DNA of 64,000 nt, taken from assembly GCA_965226525.1 (NCBI GenBank), contig OZ245361.1, forward strand, positions 468,938 through 532,937, given 5' to 3'. Both the position numbers and the translations under genes were made by a program. Source of the DNA: Spiroplasma sp. (GTDB lineage: Bacteria; Bacillota_I; Bacilli_A; Mycoplasmatales; MT37). Below the pieces are notes generated by a model. The model did no database searches and was not told the origin of the DNA. It saw only the letters and a list, made by a program, of their open reading frames with translations. Below, one piece after another: positions 44,213 through 55,113 of the stretch. Each line of letters begins with the position of its first letter. Within the stretch, counting starts at the first letter, position 1.

Positions 44213-44216
44213 AAAA

Positions 44217-44879
44217 ATGAAAGTTGTGGTTTTAATTGGTCTTCCTGGTTCTGGCAAGAGTTTTTATTCTGAATGGTTAAAAAACACACAATCTTTTTTT
44301 CACCTTTCCTCTGGAGACATTTGTCGTCTTAATCCAGATTTTGTTGATCCTGTTTCTCAAAAAACTGTTGCTGAAATAATTGCAAGTGGCGAACTGGTTT
44401 CTCCTGGATTAATTGGTAGTTTAATTGATCAAAAACTTCAAGAGTTACCAAAAGAAACGAAAGTGGTTCTAGATGGTTTTCCTCGTAATTTAGCACAAAA
44501 TCAACAATGAATAAAAATGGTAACTAAAAATAAGTGGGAGGTGCTTTTTTTTGTTTTAAAGTGCTCAATTAGTCTAGCTAAGAAAAGAATTGCTGACCGA
44601 CTTATTTGTCCTTATTGCCAGAGAGTTTATAATTTGCAACTTCAACCTCCCTTGCACAATGGTCGATGTGATAGTGATGATCATTCTTTGATTGTTCGTT
44701 CTGATAGTATTAAATTTGAACAACGTCTGGCAACTTTTGTTAATCAAACCCAACCAATGATTGAAGTTGTTGCTCAGAGTAAAAAATTTGTATGTTGTTT
44801 TTTTGATGTTTCTAAAAATAAAAGTTTTGCAGTTAAAAAAGCCATGCTTGATACTTTCCAAAAATATGCGTTTAATTAA
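44217..44879 (+). CDS. adk: Adenylate kinase
   Basis: GLPGSGKS P-loop and a LID region with CPYCQRVYN...GRCDSDD. Track ORFs 44118 and 44517 are in the same frame. Confidence 0.9.
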
Positions 44880-45633
44880 AACTAAACAAGAAATTACCAA
44901 CATTAGTTTTGCTGGTAAAGTTGTTGCTCAAATCTTAGCAACCCTTAGTAAAATGTTGGTTCCTGGTTGCAATGGCTTAATTTTGTCTAAAAAAGCTAAA
45001 GCAATTATGTTAGAAAATAATTGTCAACCTAGTTTTTTTGGATACTATGGTTTTCCTGATGTTATTTGTGTTTCAGTTAATGAACAATTGGTTCATGGCA
45101 TTCCTAATGATTTATCTTTTCAAACAGGAGATTTGGTTTCAATTGATGTTGGTTGTCAATATCAAGGATATCATGCAGATGCTGCTTTAACTCAAGTTGT
45201 TGGTAAAACCTTAAACTGTAATGATTCTCTTTTGCTCACTAGAACTGAGGCAGTTTTACAGAAAGTGGTTGAAAAGTTGAAACCAGGTATGAAGGTAGGT
45301 GATATTGGTTATATGGTTGAGCAAGTGGCTTTTTCTTATGGTTATTCTGTTCCTTTGAATTATGCAGGTCATGGCATTGGTGCTCAATTACATGAAGAAC
45401 CAATGATTTTTAATTTTGGGCAAAAGAATACAGGTTTATCTTTAAAACCAGGAATGGTTGTTTGTATAGAGCCAATGTTTCTTTTAGGCAGAAATGAAAC
45501 TAAAACTTTGGATGATGGTTGAACAGTTGTTGCCATTGATGGAAAAAGAAATTGTCACTTTGAACACACTATCTTGATTACTAAAAAAGGTTGTCAAGTT
45601 TTAACTGACTATAAGATTTATTTAGATCAATAA
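44866..45633 (+). CDS. map: Methionine aminopeptidase type I
   Basis: VSVNEQLVHGIPN, DVGCQYQGYHADAA, AGHGIG, VVCIEPM and CHFEHTILIT are the metal-ligand motifs. Confidence 0.9.
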
Positions 45634-45697
45634 GGTTAAGGGAGGAGGTTTTTTCCTGTTTAAGAACTGCTGTATAATAAGGCAAGTTTTCTTTGTT

Positions 45698-45925
45698 GTG
45701 GCAATTAGTAAAAAAAGTGATACTGTCTACTCTGTTGAGGGAAGAGTTTTAAAAAATTTAAGTAATGGTTTCTATCAGGTTTTGCTAGAGAATAAAAAGA
45801 TTATTGTTGCCTGTGTTAGTGGTAGGATTCGAAAATATTCAGTTCGGATTTTAGTTAATGACTTGGTTGATGTTGATATGTCAATTTATGATTTAAATAA
45901 AGGCAGAATTGTTGCTCGTAGGTAA
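45698..45925 (+). CDS. infA: Translation initiation factor IF-1
   Basis: VEGRVLKNLSNGFYQVLLENKKIIVACVSGRIRKYSVRILVNDLVDVDMSIYDLNKGRIVAR. GTG start. A TATAAT sits at 45673-45678. Confidence 0.9.
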   Translation: MAISKKSDTVYSVEGRVLKNLSNGFYQVLLENKKIIVACVSGRIRKYSVRILVNDLVDVDMSIYDLNKGRIVARR

Positions 45926-45928
45926 GGA

Positions 45929-46042
45929 ATGAAGGTCAGAACTTCTGTCAAAAAGATTTGTAACAGTTGTAAAATTGCCACCAGGAAAGGTAGAGTAGTT
46001 GTCATTTGCAAGTTGGCAAAACACAAACAAAGACAGGGTTAA
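45929..46042 (+). CDS. rpmJ: 50S ribosomal protein L36
   Basis: [37 protein letters not shown] (37 aa, untracked). Confidence 0.9.
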   Translation: MKVRTSVKKICNSCKIATRKGRVVVICKLAKHKQRQG

Positions 46043-46049
46043 TGGTAAA

Positions 46050-46430
46050 GTGGTTCGTTTGGTTGGTGTAGAAATTCCCAAAAACAAGAGAGTTGTTGTT
46101 GCTCTAACTTTTATTTATGGTATTGGCAAGAGTTTGGCAACCAAAATTTGTCAACAGGTTGAGATTGATTCTGACACTCCAGTTTACAAACTATCTGATA
46201 GTGAAGTTGTTAATTTACAAAATGTTATTAGTCAATTTTCTACTGAAGGAGCAGTTCGCCGGAGTGTTAACTTTAACATCAAAAGGTTGAAAGAAATTAA
46301 TTGCTATCGGGGAATTAGACATCATTTAAATTTGCCTGTTCGTGGTCAGATCACTCAAAAGAATGCTCGTACTAGAAAAGGACCAAAGAAAACTGTTGCC
46401 AACAAGAAGAAAGTTGATGCTAAAACATAA
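46050..46430 (+). CDS. rpsM: 30S ribosomal protein S13
   Basis: A GTG start gives (M)VRLVGVEIPKNKRVVVALTFIYGIGKSLA... Confidence 0.9.
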   Translation: MVRLVGVEIPKNKRVVVALTFIYGIGKSLATKICQQVEIDSDTPVYKLSDSEVVNLQNVISQFSTEGAVRRSVNFNIKRLKEINCYRGIRHHLNLPVRGQITQKNARTRKGPKKTVANKKKVDAKT

Positions 46431-46491
46431 AGTGGTGTTTGATTAATTAGGTTGTTTATATGTTTTGAAAGATTGAGAGGATTAGTTGCAA

Positions 46492-46893
46492 ATGAAAGAG
46501 AATAAAAAATTGAAAGTAAAAAAAACCAAACTCAAAAAAAGAATTAAGGTTGAATCAGCAATCATGCACATAAAAGTTAGTTTTAACAACACTATTGTTT
46601 CCTTAACATCTTTGAATGGGGATGTTTTTGTTCAAAGTTCATCTGGAAAGATTGGTTATAAAGGAACAAAAAAATCAACTCCCTATGCTGCTCAGTTAGC
46701 AACTGAAGCAGTTTTAAAATCTGCCAAGGATTATGGTGTGAGAGAAATAATGATAAAAGTTAATGGTATTGGTGCTGGTCGCAATTCTGTTTTGAGAGCA
46801 GTAGAAAATTCTGATTTAAGGGTTTTAAGTATTGCTGATGTAACACCGCTGCCTCATAATGGTTGTCGTCCACCTAAAAAACCCAGAGTTTAG
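46492..46893 (+). CDS. rpsK: 30S ribosomal protein S11
   Basis: IMHIKVSFNNTIVSLTSLNGDV...GTKKSTPYAAQLA...VTPLPHNGCRPPKKPRV. Confidence 0.95.
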   Translation: MKENKKLKVKKTKLKKRIKVESAIMHIKVSFNNTIVSLTSLNGDVFVQSSSGKIGYKGTKKSTPYAAQLATEAVLKSAKDYGVREIMIKVNGIGAGRNSVLRAVENSDLRVLSIADVTPLPHNGCRPPKKPRV

Positions 46894-46951
46894 TTTTTTA
46901 TCTTTTTCTGAGCATAAAAAAATGTAAAATATAAGGAGAGTTTTTTTAGTT

Positions 46952-47917
46952 ATGAAAGATTTTTTTGAATTGGATTTGCAAGTGAGGGAATATGAAAAAA
47001 ACCAACCTCATTTTTTGGAGTTTGAAACTAAACCTTTAGTGCAGGGTTTTGGTACAACTTTGGGTAATTCTTTGAGAAGAGTTTTGTTGACCTCAATTTT
47101 AGGGGCGGCAATTTATGCTTTTCGTGTTGAGGGGGTTGAACAGGAATTTTCTAATTTACCAGGTTGTTCAGAGAATGTAGTTAAGATAGGTTTAAACATT
47201 CAAAAAGTTATTGTTAAGGTTGATCACAAGGTCTTTCCCAATGAAAGGGAAAAGATCACTTTAGAGTTGAATGTTAAAGGCATTAAAAAAGTTTTGGCAG
47301 GAGATATTAAATTGCCAGAAGGAGTTCAAATTGTTAATCCTGATCAAGAGATTGTTAATATTGTTGAAAAGAATAAAACTTTGGTGATGGAATTGTTTGT
47401 TGTCCAGGGTCGTGGTTTTTCTAACTTTCAAGATAACAAGATTTTGACTGAAGGAGAGATAGGTCTTTTTACAGTTAGTTCTAATTTTTCCCATGTGCAA
47501 AGAGTTTCTTTTCAAGTTGAAGAGATTAAAGTGGGGCAGTTAGATGTTTCAGAAAGGTTAGTTTTAGGTGTTCAAACTAATGGTGCAATTGATCCAGTTA
47601 ATGCTTTAGTCAATGCAGCACAAATTTTGATTGCTCATTTAAATTTTTTTGTGCAACTTGATAAGAAGAGTTTGACAGATTTTCATTTTAAATCTTCTAA
47701 GGAGAGAGAAAGTACATCCCCAAGAATTGAGATTAAAAGTTTAGATTTTTCTGAAAGAGTGATCAATTCTCTGGCCTCTAGTGGTATTAAATTTCTTGAT
47801 GAGTTAAGTAAAAAGAAAAGGTCAGAATTATCCAGAATTGCTAATTTTGGTCAGAAGTCTTTAAAAGAGGTTGTTGATAAGTTAAAAAAAGATTACAAAA
47901 TTGCACTTGAGGAATAG
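46952..47917 (+). CDS. rpoA: DNA-directed RNA polymerase subunit alpha
   Basis: GFGTTLGNSLRRVLLTSILGAA in the N-terminal domain and a C-terminal HhH-like region (LDFSERVINSLASSGIKFLDEL). Position after rpsK. Confidence 0.95.
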   Translation: MKDFFELDLQVREYEKNQPHFLEFETKPLVQGFGTTLGNSLRRVLLTSILGAAIYAFRVEGVEQEFSNLPGCSENVVKIGLNIQKVIVKVDHKVFPNEREKITLELNVKGIKKVLAGDIKLPEGVQIVNPDQEIVNIVEKNKTLVMELFVVQGRGFSNFQDNKILTEGEIGLFTVSSNFSHVQRVSFQVEEIKVGQLDVSERLVLGVQTNGAIDPVNALVNAAQILIAHLNFFVQLDKKSLTDFHFKSSKERESTSPRIEIKSLDFSERVINSLASSGIKFLDELSKKKRSELSRIANFGQKSLKEVVDKLKKDYKIALEE

Positions 47918-47926
47918 TGAATTTGG

Positions 47927-48292
47927 ATGCGTACTTTCCCTACTGCACATAAACGAAGTAAACTTCGAAATATTGTTCGTAACTTAGTCAGTGACTTGAT
48001 TGTTCATGAGCATGTTAAGGTGGTTAAGAGTAAAAAGTTAGCAGTACAAAAGTTGTTTACAAGAGTTGTTAATTTAGCAAGGAGTGGTTCTTTACAGGAT
48101 TATCGACAGATTTTTAAAATTATTTTTAAACAAATTAAAGATGACAAAGGTAGATTTCTTTTAGTTAAGTTGAAAGAGTTAGTTAAAAAATATGAAAATG
48201 AAAGTCATAGCTCAAGTGGTTATCTTCATGTTTATAATTTAGGTCCCCGTCGTGGTGATAGTGCTACTGTTTATTATTTGTCTTTGTTCTAA
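47927..48292 (+). CDS. rplQ: 50S ribosomal protein L17
   Basis: Position after rpoA. RSKLRNIVRNLVSDLIVHEHVKV. The sequence is divergent. Confidence 0.85.
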   Translation: MRTFPTAHKRSKLRNIVRNLVSDLIVHEHVKVVKSKKLAVQKLFTRVVNLARSGSLQDYRQIFKIIFKQIKDDKGRFLLVKLKELVKKYENESHSSSGYLHVYNLGPRRGDSATVYYLSLF

Positions 48293-48295
48293 TTT

Positions 48296-49165
48296 ATGGA
48301 AACCAAAGAGTTGATGAACACTAAAATTGAAAAACAAAGTGTGGTTAGTTTTAAAAATGTTAGTTTTGCTTACAAAAAAGAACATGGTAAAGTTTTAAAA
48401 AACATTAGTTTTGATTTACCAGTTGGTTGTTCTCTGACTATTTTTGGTACTAATGGTTCAGGAAAATCTACTTTGGGTAAGTTAATTGCTGGTTTAATCT
48501 CTCGCTTTAGTGGCAAGATTACAATTTTAGGACAGACTTTAACAGTTGAAAATTGTGAAAACATTATTAGGAATGTGGGAATTGTTTTTCAGAATGCAGA
48601 AAGTCAGTTTATTGGTGAGGATGTTGAAAATGATCTTGCCTTTGGCTTAGAAAACTTAAATACTCCTCCAAATCAAATGCTGATCCAAATTACTAATATT
48701 GCTAGAAAATTGTCAATTAGTAATATTTTGCATTATGAACCAGTTAATTTATCAGGAGGGCAAAAACAAAGGGTTGCTATTGCCTCTACTTTAGTTACAG
48801 AACCCAAAATTATTATTTTTGATGAATCAACTAGTATGTTGGGTTCTCAAGATGAAAAACAGATTTTACAGATTATTGATCAATTGAGGAAGGATAAAAA
48901 AATAACTGTTATTGAAATTACTCATAATATGGAACGAATTTTAACATCAGATCTGGTTTTGTTTCTAGAAGAGGGAAAGATAGTTTTTTTTGGTAAAAGT
49001 CAGGATTTGCTTGCAAGATATGAGGAACTATCTTCTTATTTTAGTGGTTTTGATCTACCCTTTATTTATCAACTTTCTCAAGCACTAAAAAAAAATAAAA
49101 TTGTTGATCAAGTTTTTCTTAATCAAAAACAGTTAGCAACTCACCTATGAAAGTTAAAGAAATAA
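48296..49165 (+). CDS. ecfA1: ECF transporter ATPase subunit EcfA1
   Basis: GTNGSGKST, LSGGQKQR and IIIFDEST. TGA at 49148 is read as Trp. TAA stop at 49163-49165. Confidence 0.85.
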
Positions 49166-50043
49166 AAGTAGAAAATTTAACTCATGTTTTTGAAAACAGT
49201 TATTTTCCTTCAGTGGTTGTTCTTCAGGATGTTAATTTAACTTTTTCTAGTGGTAAGATTATTGCTATTGTTGGTCCTGTTTCTTCAGGTAAAACAGTGC
49301 TTTTGAAACATCTCAATGGTCTTTTAACACCTAGCAGTGGTCGAGTAGTTATTGGCGATTCTGTTATTGAAGCTGGCAAAGACAGAATTGATCGTATTTG
49401 GGATATTAGAAAAAATGTTGGTTTTGTTTTTCAATTTGCTGAACATCAACTTTTTGAAAAAACAGTGGAAAAAGATATTATTTTTGGACCTCTGAATTTT
49501 GGTATCACCAAAACTGTTGCTAAAATAAATGCAATTAAGTATTTAGAATTGCTAGGTTTGGATGCAACCTATTTATCACGTTCGCCTTTTGAGTTATCAG
49601 GTGGTGAGAGAAGAAAAGTTGCTATTGCTGGTGTTCTTGCCTATGATCCAGAATTTATTCTTTTTGATCAGTTGGCAGCAGGAATGGATCTAAAATCCAA
49701 AAATGAGTTTCTGGATTTTTTGTTAAATTTAAAAACTAAAATGAAAAAAAGTGTTATCTTTACTTCTAACAACAGTGATGATGTTTTAAAAATTGCTGAT
49801 CAGGTTGTTGTTTTGAACAAGGGTAAGGTGGTCAAAGTAACAACTCCCAAGGAGTTGTTTTGAGATTTTGATTTTTGTCAGAATTCTGGTATTCTACTGC
49901 CAAAGACAATTTGTTTTCTTAGATCCTTGCAAGAAGTTGGTTTTCAACTGTCACCAGCACAGCTGCCTTTTAGTAGTGAAAAAGATTTAATTAAAGGTTT
50001 AGTTGTTTTTTTAAAAGAACAACTGAGTTTAAAAGGAAGTTAA
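49147..50043 (+). CDS. ecfA2: ECF transporter ATPase subunit EcfA2
   Basis: GPVSSGKT, LSGGERRK and FILFDQLAAGMD. It continues through TGA 49861 to TAA 50041-50043. Confidence 0.85.
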
Positions 50044-50044
50044 T

Positions 50045-50914
50045 ATGGTAAGAATTACTTTTGGTAAATATGTTCCTGGTGAATCCTTCATTTATTTTTT
50101 GGATGGACGTTTGAAATTTGTTGCCTTTGTTTTATTGATGAGTAGCATTTTTTTACAAAATAATTTTCTACCTTATTTTATTTTGTTGGTTTTCTTTTTT
50201 CTTATTTTTTTCCTGGCAAGGTTACCTCTAATTGTTCTTTGGAATGTTGTCTGACCAGTACTTTTTATGTTTTTTTTTCTTTTTGTGTTTAATTTTATCC
50301 AACTAGGTGGTAGTGAACATTCAAATTCTGATGTGATTTGGAGTTGACATTTTTTTCAGTTAAGGTATTCAGGTTTGGTTTATGTTTTTTATTATTCATT
50401 GCGAGTTTTTTTGGTAATTTTTTTGACTATTTTACTAGTTACAACTACAAAACCTAAAACACTAACTTTGTCAATTGAATACCTTTTGAAACCTCTGAAA
50501 AAGTTCTATTTTCCTGTTCATATTTTTTCTGTAATTATTTCTTTAACTTTACGTTTAGTACCTACTTTTATTGAAGAAGCTAGAAATATTTTAGAGGCTC
50601 AAGCTTCCCGAGGATTAGACTTTAAAAATAGTGGTTTTAGAAAAAAAATTCAGGTTTTAATTTCTCTTTTAATCCCCTTGATAGTTTCTATTTTTAAGCG
50701 CGCAGATGATATGGCAACTGCTATGGAGTCCCGTGGTTATGTCCCTGGAAAACCTCGCTCTCATTATCAGCAGTTTACTTTACTTTACTTTGATTGAATT
50801 TGGTTTGGCGTGGTTTTAGTTGTGTTTTTTTTTATTGTTTTTTATCTTAATTTAACTCCTGAACAAAATTTATTTTCTCATTTTCCATTGAATGAATATT
50901 TTCATATTCATTAG
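50045..50914 (+). CDS. ecfT: ECF transporter transmembrane subunit EcfT
   Basis: Hydrophobic, with ...EEARNILEAQASRGLDF... and ADDMATAMESRGY, the EcfT coupling-helix motifs. Track ORFs 50045 and 50375 are in the same frame. Confidence 0.85.
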
Positions 50915-50956
50915 TTTCCAGAACCTGTTAAAGATATAATCAAAGGAATTGTAACT

Positions 50957-51394
50957 ATGTTGAAAGAACAAAAGACATCAATGATAAGAAAGGAAGATCT
51001 TAATGCTGAGTGGTTTCTTATTGATGCCAGTTCTCAGACTCTGGGTCGCCTTGCTACTCAAATTAGTGTTCTTTTACAGGGCAAAAATAAAGTGTCTTAC
51101 ACCCCTCACTTGAACTGTGGTGATAATGTAGTAGTTGTTAATGTTGAAAAGATTGTTTTAACTGGTAATAAATGAAAGCAAAAAAAATATTATTCTCATT
51201 CAAATTATCCAGGTGGTCTAAAGCAAAGAACTGCTCTGGATTTATTTACTAAAAATCCTGTTTTATTGGTGAAAAAAGCTGTGGAAAGAATGCTACCTAA
51301 AAATAAGTTGCAATCTCAACGTATGAGTCATTTATTTCTTTATGTTGGTGTTAATCATCCTCATCAGGGACAAAATCCTGTTTTGTTAAGATAG
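50957..51394 (+). CDS. rplM: 50S ribosomal protein L13
   Basis: EWFLIDASSQTLGRLATQISVLLQGKNKVSYTPHLNCGDNVVVVNVEKI. A TATAAT sits at 50935-50940. Confidence 0.95.
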
Positions 51395-51398
51395 AGAA

Positions 51399-51818
51399 AT
51401 GAAGAAAGTTTACCAGGCAACAGGAAAAAGAAAAACAGCAGTTTCCCAAGTTGTTTTACAAAAAGAAAAAAAACCCACTAAGAAAAAGATTACTATTTTT
51501 TCTGCCAGTTTTGACTCAGGAACAACACTAGCAAATTTTTTTCCTGCTGCTACTTTCAAAACAAAAGTGCTTAAACCATTTGTTTTGACAGGCACACTGG
51601 GAATGTTTAGTGCTAAAATCAAGGTAAAAGGTGGTGGTTTTAGTAGTCAAGCTGATGCTGCTTCTTATGCAATTGCCAAAGGTTTAGTCAAGATTTCTCC
51701 TGATCACATACCAAAGTTAAAAGATGCTAAACTACTTACTCGTGATTCTCGAGTAAAAGAAAGGAAGAAGTATGGTTTAAAAAAAGCACGAAAAGCTCCC
51801 CAATTTTCTAAAAGGTAG
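51399..51818 (+). CDS. rpsI: 30S ribosomal protein S9
   Basis: GTGKRKTAVSQV...GGGFSSQADAASYAIAKGL...LTRDSRVKERKKYGLKKARKAPQFSKR. Confidence 0.95.
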   Translation: MKKVYQATGKRKTAVSQVVLQKEKKPTKKKITIFSASFDSGTTLANFFPAATFKTKVLKPFVLTGTLGMFSAKIKVKGGGFSSQADAASYAIAKGLVKISPDHIPKLKDAKLLTRDSRVKERKKYGLKKARKAPQFSKR

Positions 51819-51906
51819 TGTCTGTCTTCTTTAGTTGTTGTTTTTGGTTTTTACCAATTTTCCTTTGTTTTTTCCATATAAAATCTTGGAGTTGGTGTTT
51901 TTTTGC

Positions 51907-51983
51907 GGGACTATAGCTCAGATGGTTAGAGCACACGGTTTATAACCGTGAGGTCTTGGGTTCAATTCCCAATGGTCCCACCA
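51907..51983 (+). tRNA. tRNA-Ile, anticodon UAU (reads AUA); CCA is encoded
   Basis: Manual cloverleaf. Acceptor GGGACTA/TGGTCCC. D-stem GCTC/GAGC. Anticodon stem CACGG/CCGTG with loop TT-TAT-AA. T-arm TTGGG-TTCAATT-CCCAA. Discriminator A followed by CCA. Confidence 0.85.
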
Positions 51984-52003
51984 TCTAAAAATTGATTAGT
52001 TTT

Positions 52004-52579
52004 ATGTCTATATTGAGAGAAAAAGAAGTTTTTTTAAGGAACAGAGTTTGAAAGATCAGAGCAATTGTTAATGCAGCATGTTTGATTAGTTTTTGACCAG
52101 TTTTAGCAGTTTGTACTCTGCCTTTTCGTTTTTTATTTATAGAAGCACAAATCCCTTTTTTCTTTTTTTTGATTTGATTTATTGGTTTAACTCACAAATC
52201 ATTACCTGCCTTTTTAATTGCATTTTTGGGTCATTTTTTTTTTGATTTAATTTTTTTTTTAAATCCTTTTTTCTTTTTTCTCTGAATTGCTTCTGGTTTG
52301 ATTTCAGCATTAATTGCTTTTTTTAAAAATTATTGAAAAGTTTTATTTTTTTTAGCATTACTTTTACCTTTTTTCTATTTTTTGTCTTTTTTTATAATTA
52401 GTCTGATTATTTTTTCTAGATCAAATTTTTGAAATTATTTTCTTAGTTTTCCACAAACAACATTTGTCATAGTTTTTATCAATCCCTTCTTTAGTTTTTT
52501 AGTTTATTTTACTTTTTTTTACAATCCAAGTTTAAGATGATTAGTTTTATCGTTCAGGGAGAAAAATAATGAAAGATAA
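52004..52579 (+). CDS. Integral membrane protein (191 aa), function unknown
   Basis: A continuous code-4 ORF with 7 TGA codons, checked codon by codon. Very hydrophobic and Phe-rich. It contains two T10 tracts (52234-52243 and 52251-52260). Confidence 0.5.
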
Positions 52580-55112
52580 AGGGATAGTTTTAGCACCAGT
52601 ATCAAGTAGAATTTTTGCTCGTTTATTTGATCTTTTTCTTTTTCTGGCAGTTTTAGTTATTTCCTTTTGAACACTAGAAAATAACTTAAATGATCATCCT
52701 GTTTTAGTGAATTTAGTAGTTAATTTAATTGCCTTTATTTTTTTTCTTATTTATTTTGTTTTTATTCCTTATTTTTTTGCTAATCAAACTTTAGGAAAAA
52801 AACTTTGGTCAATAAAAATATTTTTTTCTCTAAAACCAAAGGGTTGAATACTTTTTGTTAAGTTGTTTTTTCGTGAGTTTTATATTATGTTTGCTCCTAT
52901 TTTTTTGACCTGGTTGTTTTATGGTCTTTATGTTTTGTTGATTAAATTTTTTTTAGGAAGATCCATTCTTCAGATTGATTTTTTAACCCGGACTAGTGTT
53001 GTTTTTCTCCTCTGATGAATTTTTCTCTTTTTATTTGTTAAAATTGAACCTAAACACCAACTGTTTTATGATCGTTGACTAGGTGTTTTAGTTGTTAAAA
53101 GTACTGGTAGAGAATTAATAATGGTTAAAAAGAAGTTGATTGTTCAGAAAAAAAAACAGATTGATTTAAGTTTTGGTGTTAATGAATTTGAGAAGATGGA
53201 TTTTTTTTTGAATTCAGAACAAAAGAAAGCAGTTTTTACTGCTAAAGATTTTAATTTAAGGATTATTGCTGGACCAGGAACAGGTAAAACCACAGTTTTA
53301 ATTAATCGTATTATCTTTTTTTTGAAAAAACACCATTATTTATCTCACCAGATTTTGGTCTTAACTTTTAGTAGAAAAGCATGCCAGCACATTAAAAAAA
53401 GAATAGAGAAAAGTGTAGTTGCTAATTCTCTTACTAGCTGATCAGTTTTTACTTATCATGGTTTTTGTTATTGGTTTCTCACAGTAATTAAAAGACAAAG
53501 AATTACAGTTTTAGATCAATCTGATCAAAAACAAGTTATTAAGCATTTACTTGCGCAGGATCAAAAACAAACACAAAAAAAAATTGATAAAACCTTAATA
53601 AAGGAGGTTTTGGAAACAATAAATGTTTTACAACAAGAAATGGTGAATGATTTTTCTACTTTTGAACAAAAAGAGTTTGAGTCAGATTTTTTTAGTGGTC
53701 TAGATTTAACTAAAAAAAAGCAACTTTGAAAACTATATGAAAACTATCTTCTTTACAAAAAAAAGGAGCAGTTGTTTGATTTCAGTGATCTTTTGACAAA
53801 AACATATCAGGTGTTACAAGAAGATAAAAAACTTTTAAGACAATTACAACAAAGATTTCTGCATTTAGCAGTTGATGAGTTTCAAGATGTTAATTTTTTA
53901 CAGTATGCATTGATTAATTTGATAAGTGGTTCAGGCAAACTAATTAAAACTACAGTTGTAGGTGATCCAGACCAAACTATTTATGGTTGAAGAGGTTCTA
54001 ACATTGATTTTATTTTGAATTTTCACAATGATTTTTCCAATCTGCAAACAGTTAAGTTGATTACTAATTATCGTTCTCAAAAAAACATTGTTAGTTTAGC
54101 AAACCATTTAATTACTAAAAATAAAAAAAGAATCACTAAAAAAATTACTGCTGTTGAAAAAGTTATGGATAAAATTGTTTTATTTTCAGGTGCCTCTAAT
54201 TTTCAAAGCGCTCATTTTATTGTAAAGGAGATTGAAAGAAAGGTATCTTCAGGGGTTAGGCACAAAAATATTGCTGTTTTATACAGAGCAAACTATTTAT
54301 CAGGTATTTTGGAAACCCTCCTTTTGCCTAAAAACATTCCTTATCACATCTTCAAAGGGCAGGAATTTTTTAAAAGAAAAGAGATTAAGGATCTTTTGCT
54401 GTTACTAATTGTTTTGGTTGAACCAAAAGATGTTTATTTACAAATAGTTTTAACCTGAATAAAGGGAATTGGAGAAAAAATTATTTTTAAAATTCAAAAA
54501 GAGGCAGCATCTGTTAATAAAACTATTTTTCAATACCTATTAGCAAATCAACCTTCTTTTTTAGTTAAAAGTTGAAAGGAGATTGAATATTTTTTGAATG
54601 TCATTCAAGGTTTGCAACAAAAACTTTCTGAAATACAATCCCTGAAAGTTTTGCTTCAAGAGTTGTTCACCAAAATTTATCAACCAATTCTTTCAAATAA
54701 TCTGGATTATGAACAAAGACTTAAAAATGTTGATGTCTTAATTCAACAAGTTGTTGATGGTTTTGAGAAAACTAATCTTGATCTTTCAATTCAAGATAAG
54801 ATCAGCAAGTTTTTATCACACAGTCAGTTGTTTGCTGCCAGTGAAATTAGTTTTGAAGCAGAATCTGTTCAATTAATGACAATTCATAATGCTAAGGGTT
54901 TGGAGTTTGATTATGTTTTTATTTTTGATGTTTCAGGCAATAACTTTCCTAATCAAGACCGATTGAACATTGATTTAGAAGAAGAGCGCCGTCTTTTTTT
55001 TGTAGCTATTACAAGGGCTAAAAAAGGTGTTTTTATCACTACTAACTCTTACAATCCTTCTGTTTTTATTGAAGAAATTGCTAATTGTTCAGCAGTAAAA
55101 CAATGAAGATAA
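52569..55112 (+). CDS. RDD-family membrane domain (about 184 aa) in frame with a UvrD/PcrA-type superfamily-1 DNA helicase
   Basis: There is no TAA or TAG from ATG 52569 to TAA 55110-55112. RDD hallmarks are SSRIFARLFDLFLF... and ...LFYDRWLGVLVVK. Helicase motifs are GPGTGKTT, VDEFQDVN, VVGDPDQTIYGWRGS, TNYRSQ, TIHNAKGLEFD and VAITRAK. The helicase alone could start at ATG 53121. Confidence 0.8.
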
Positions 55113-55113
55113 A

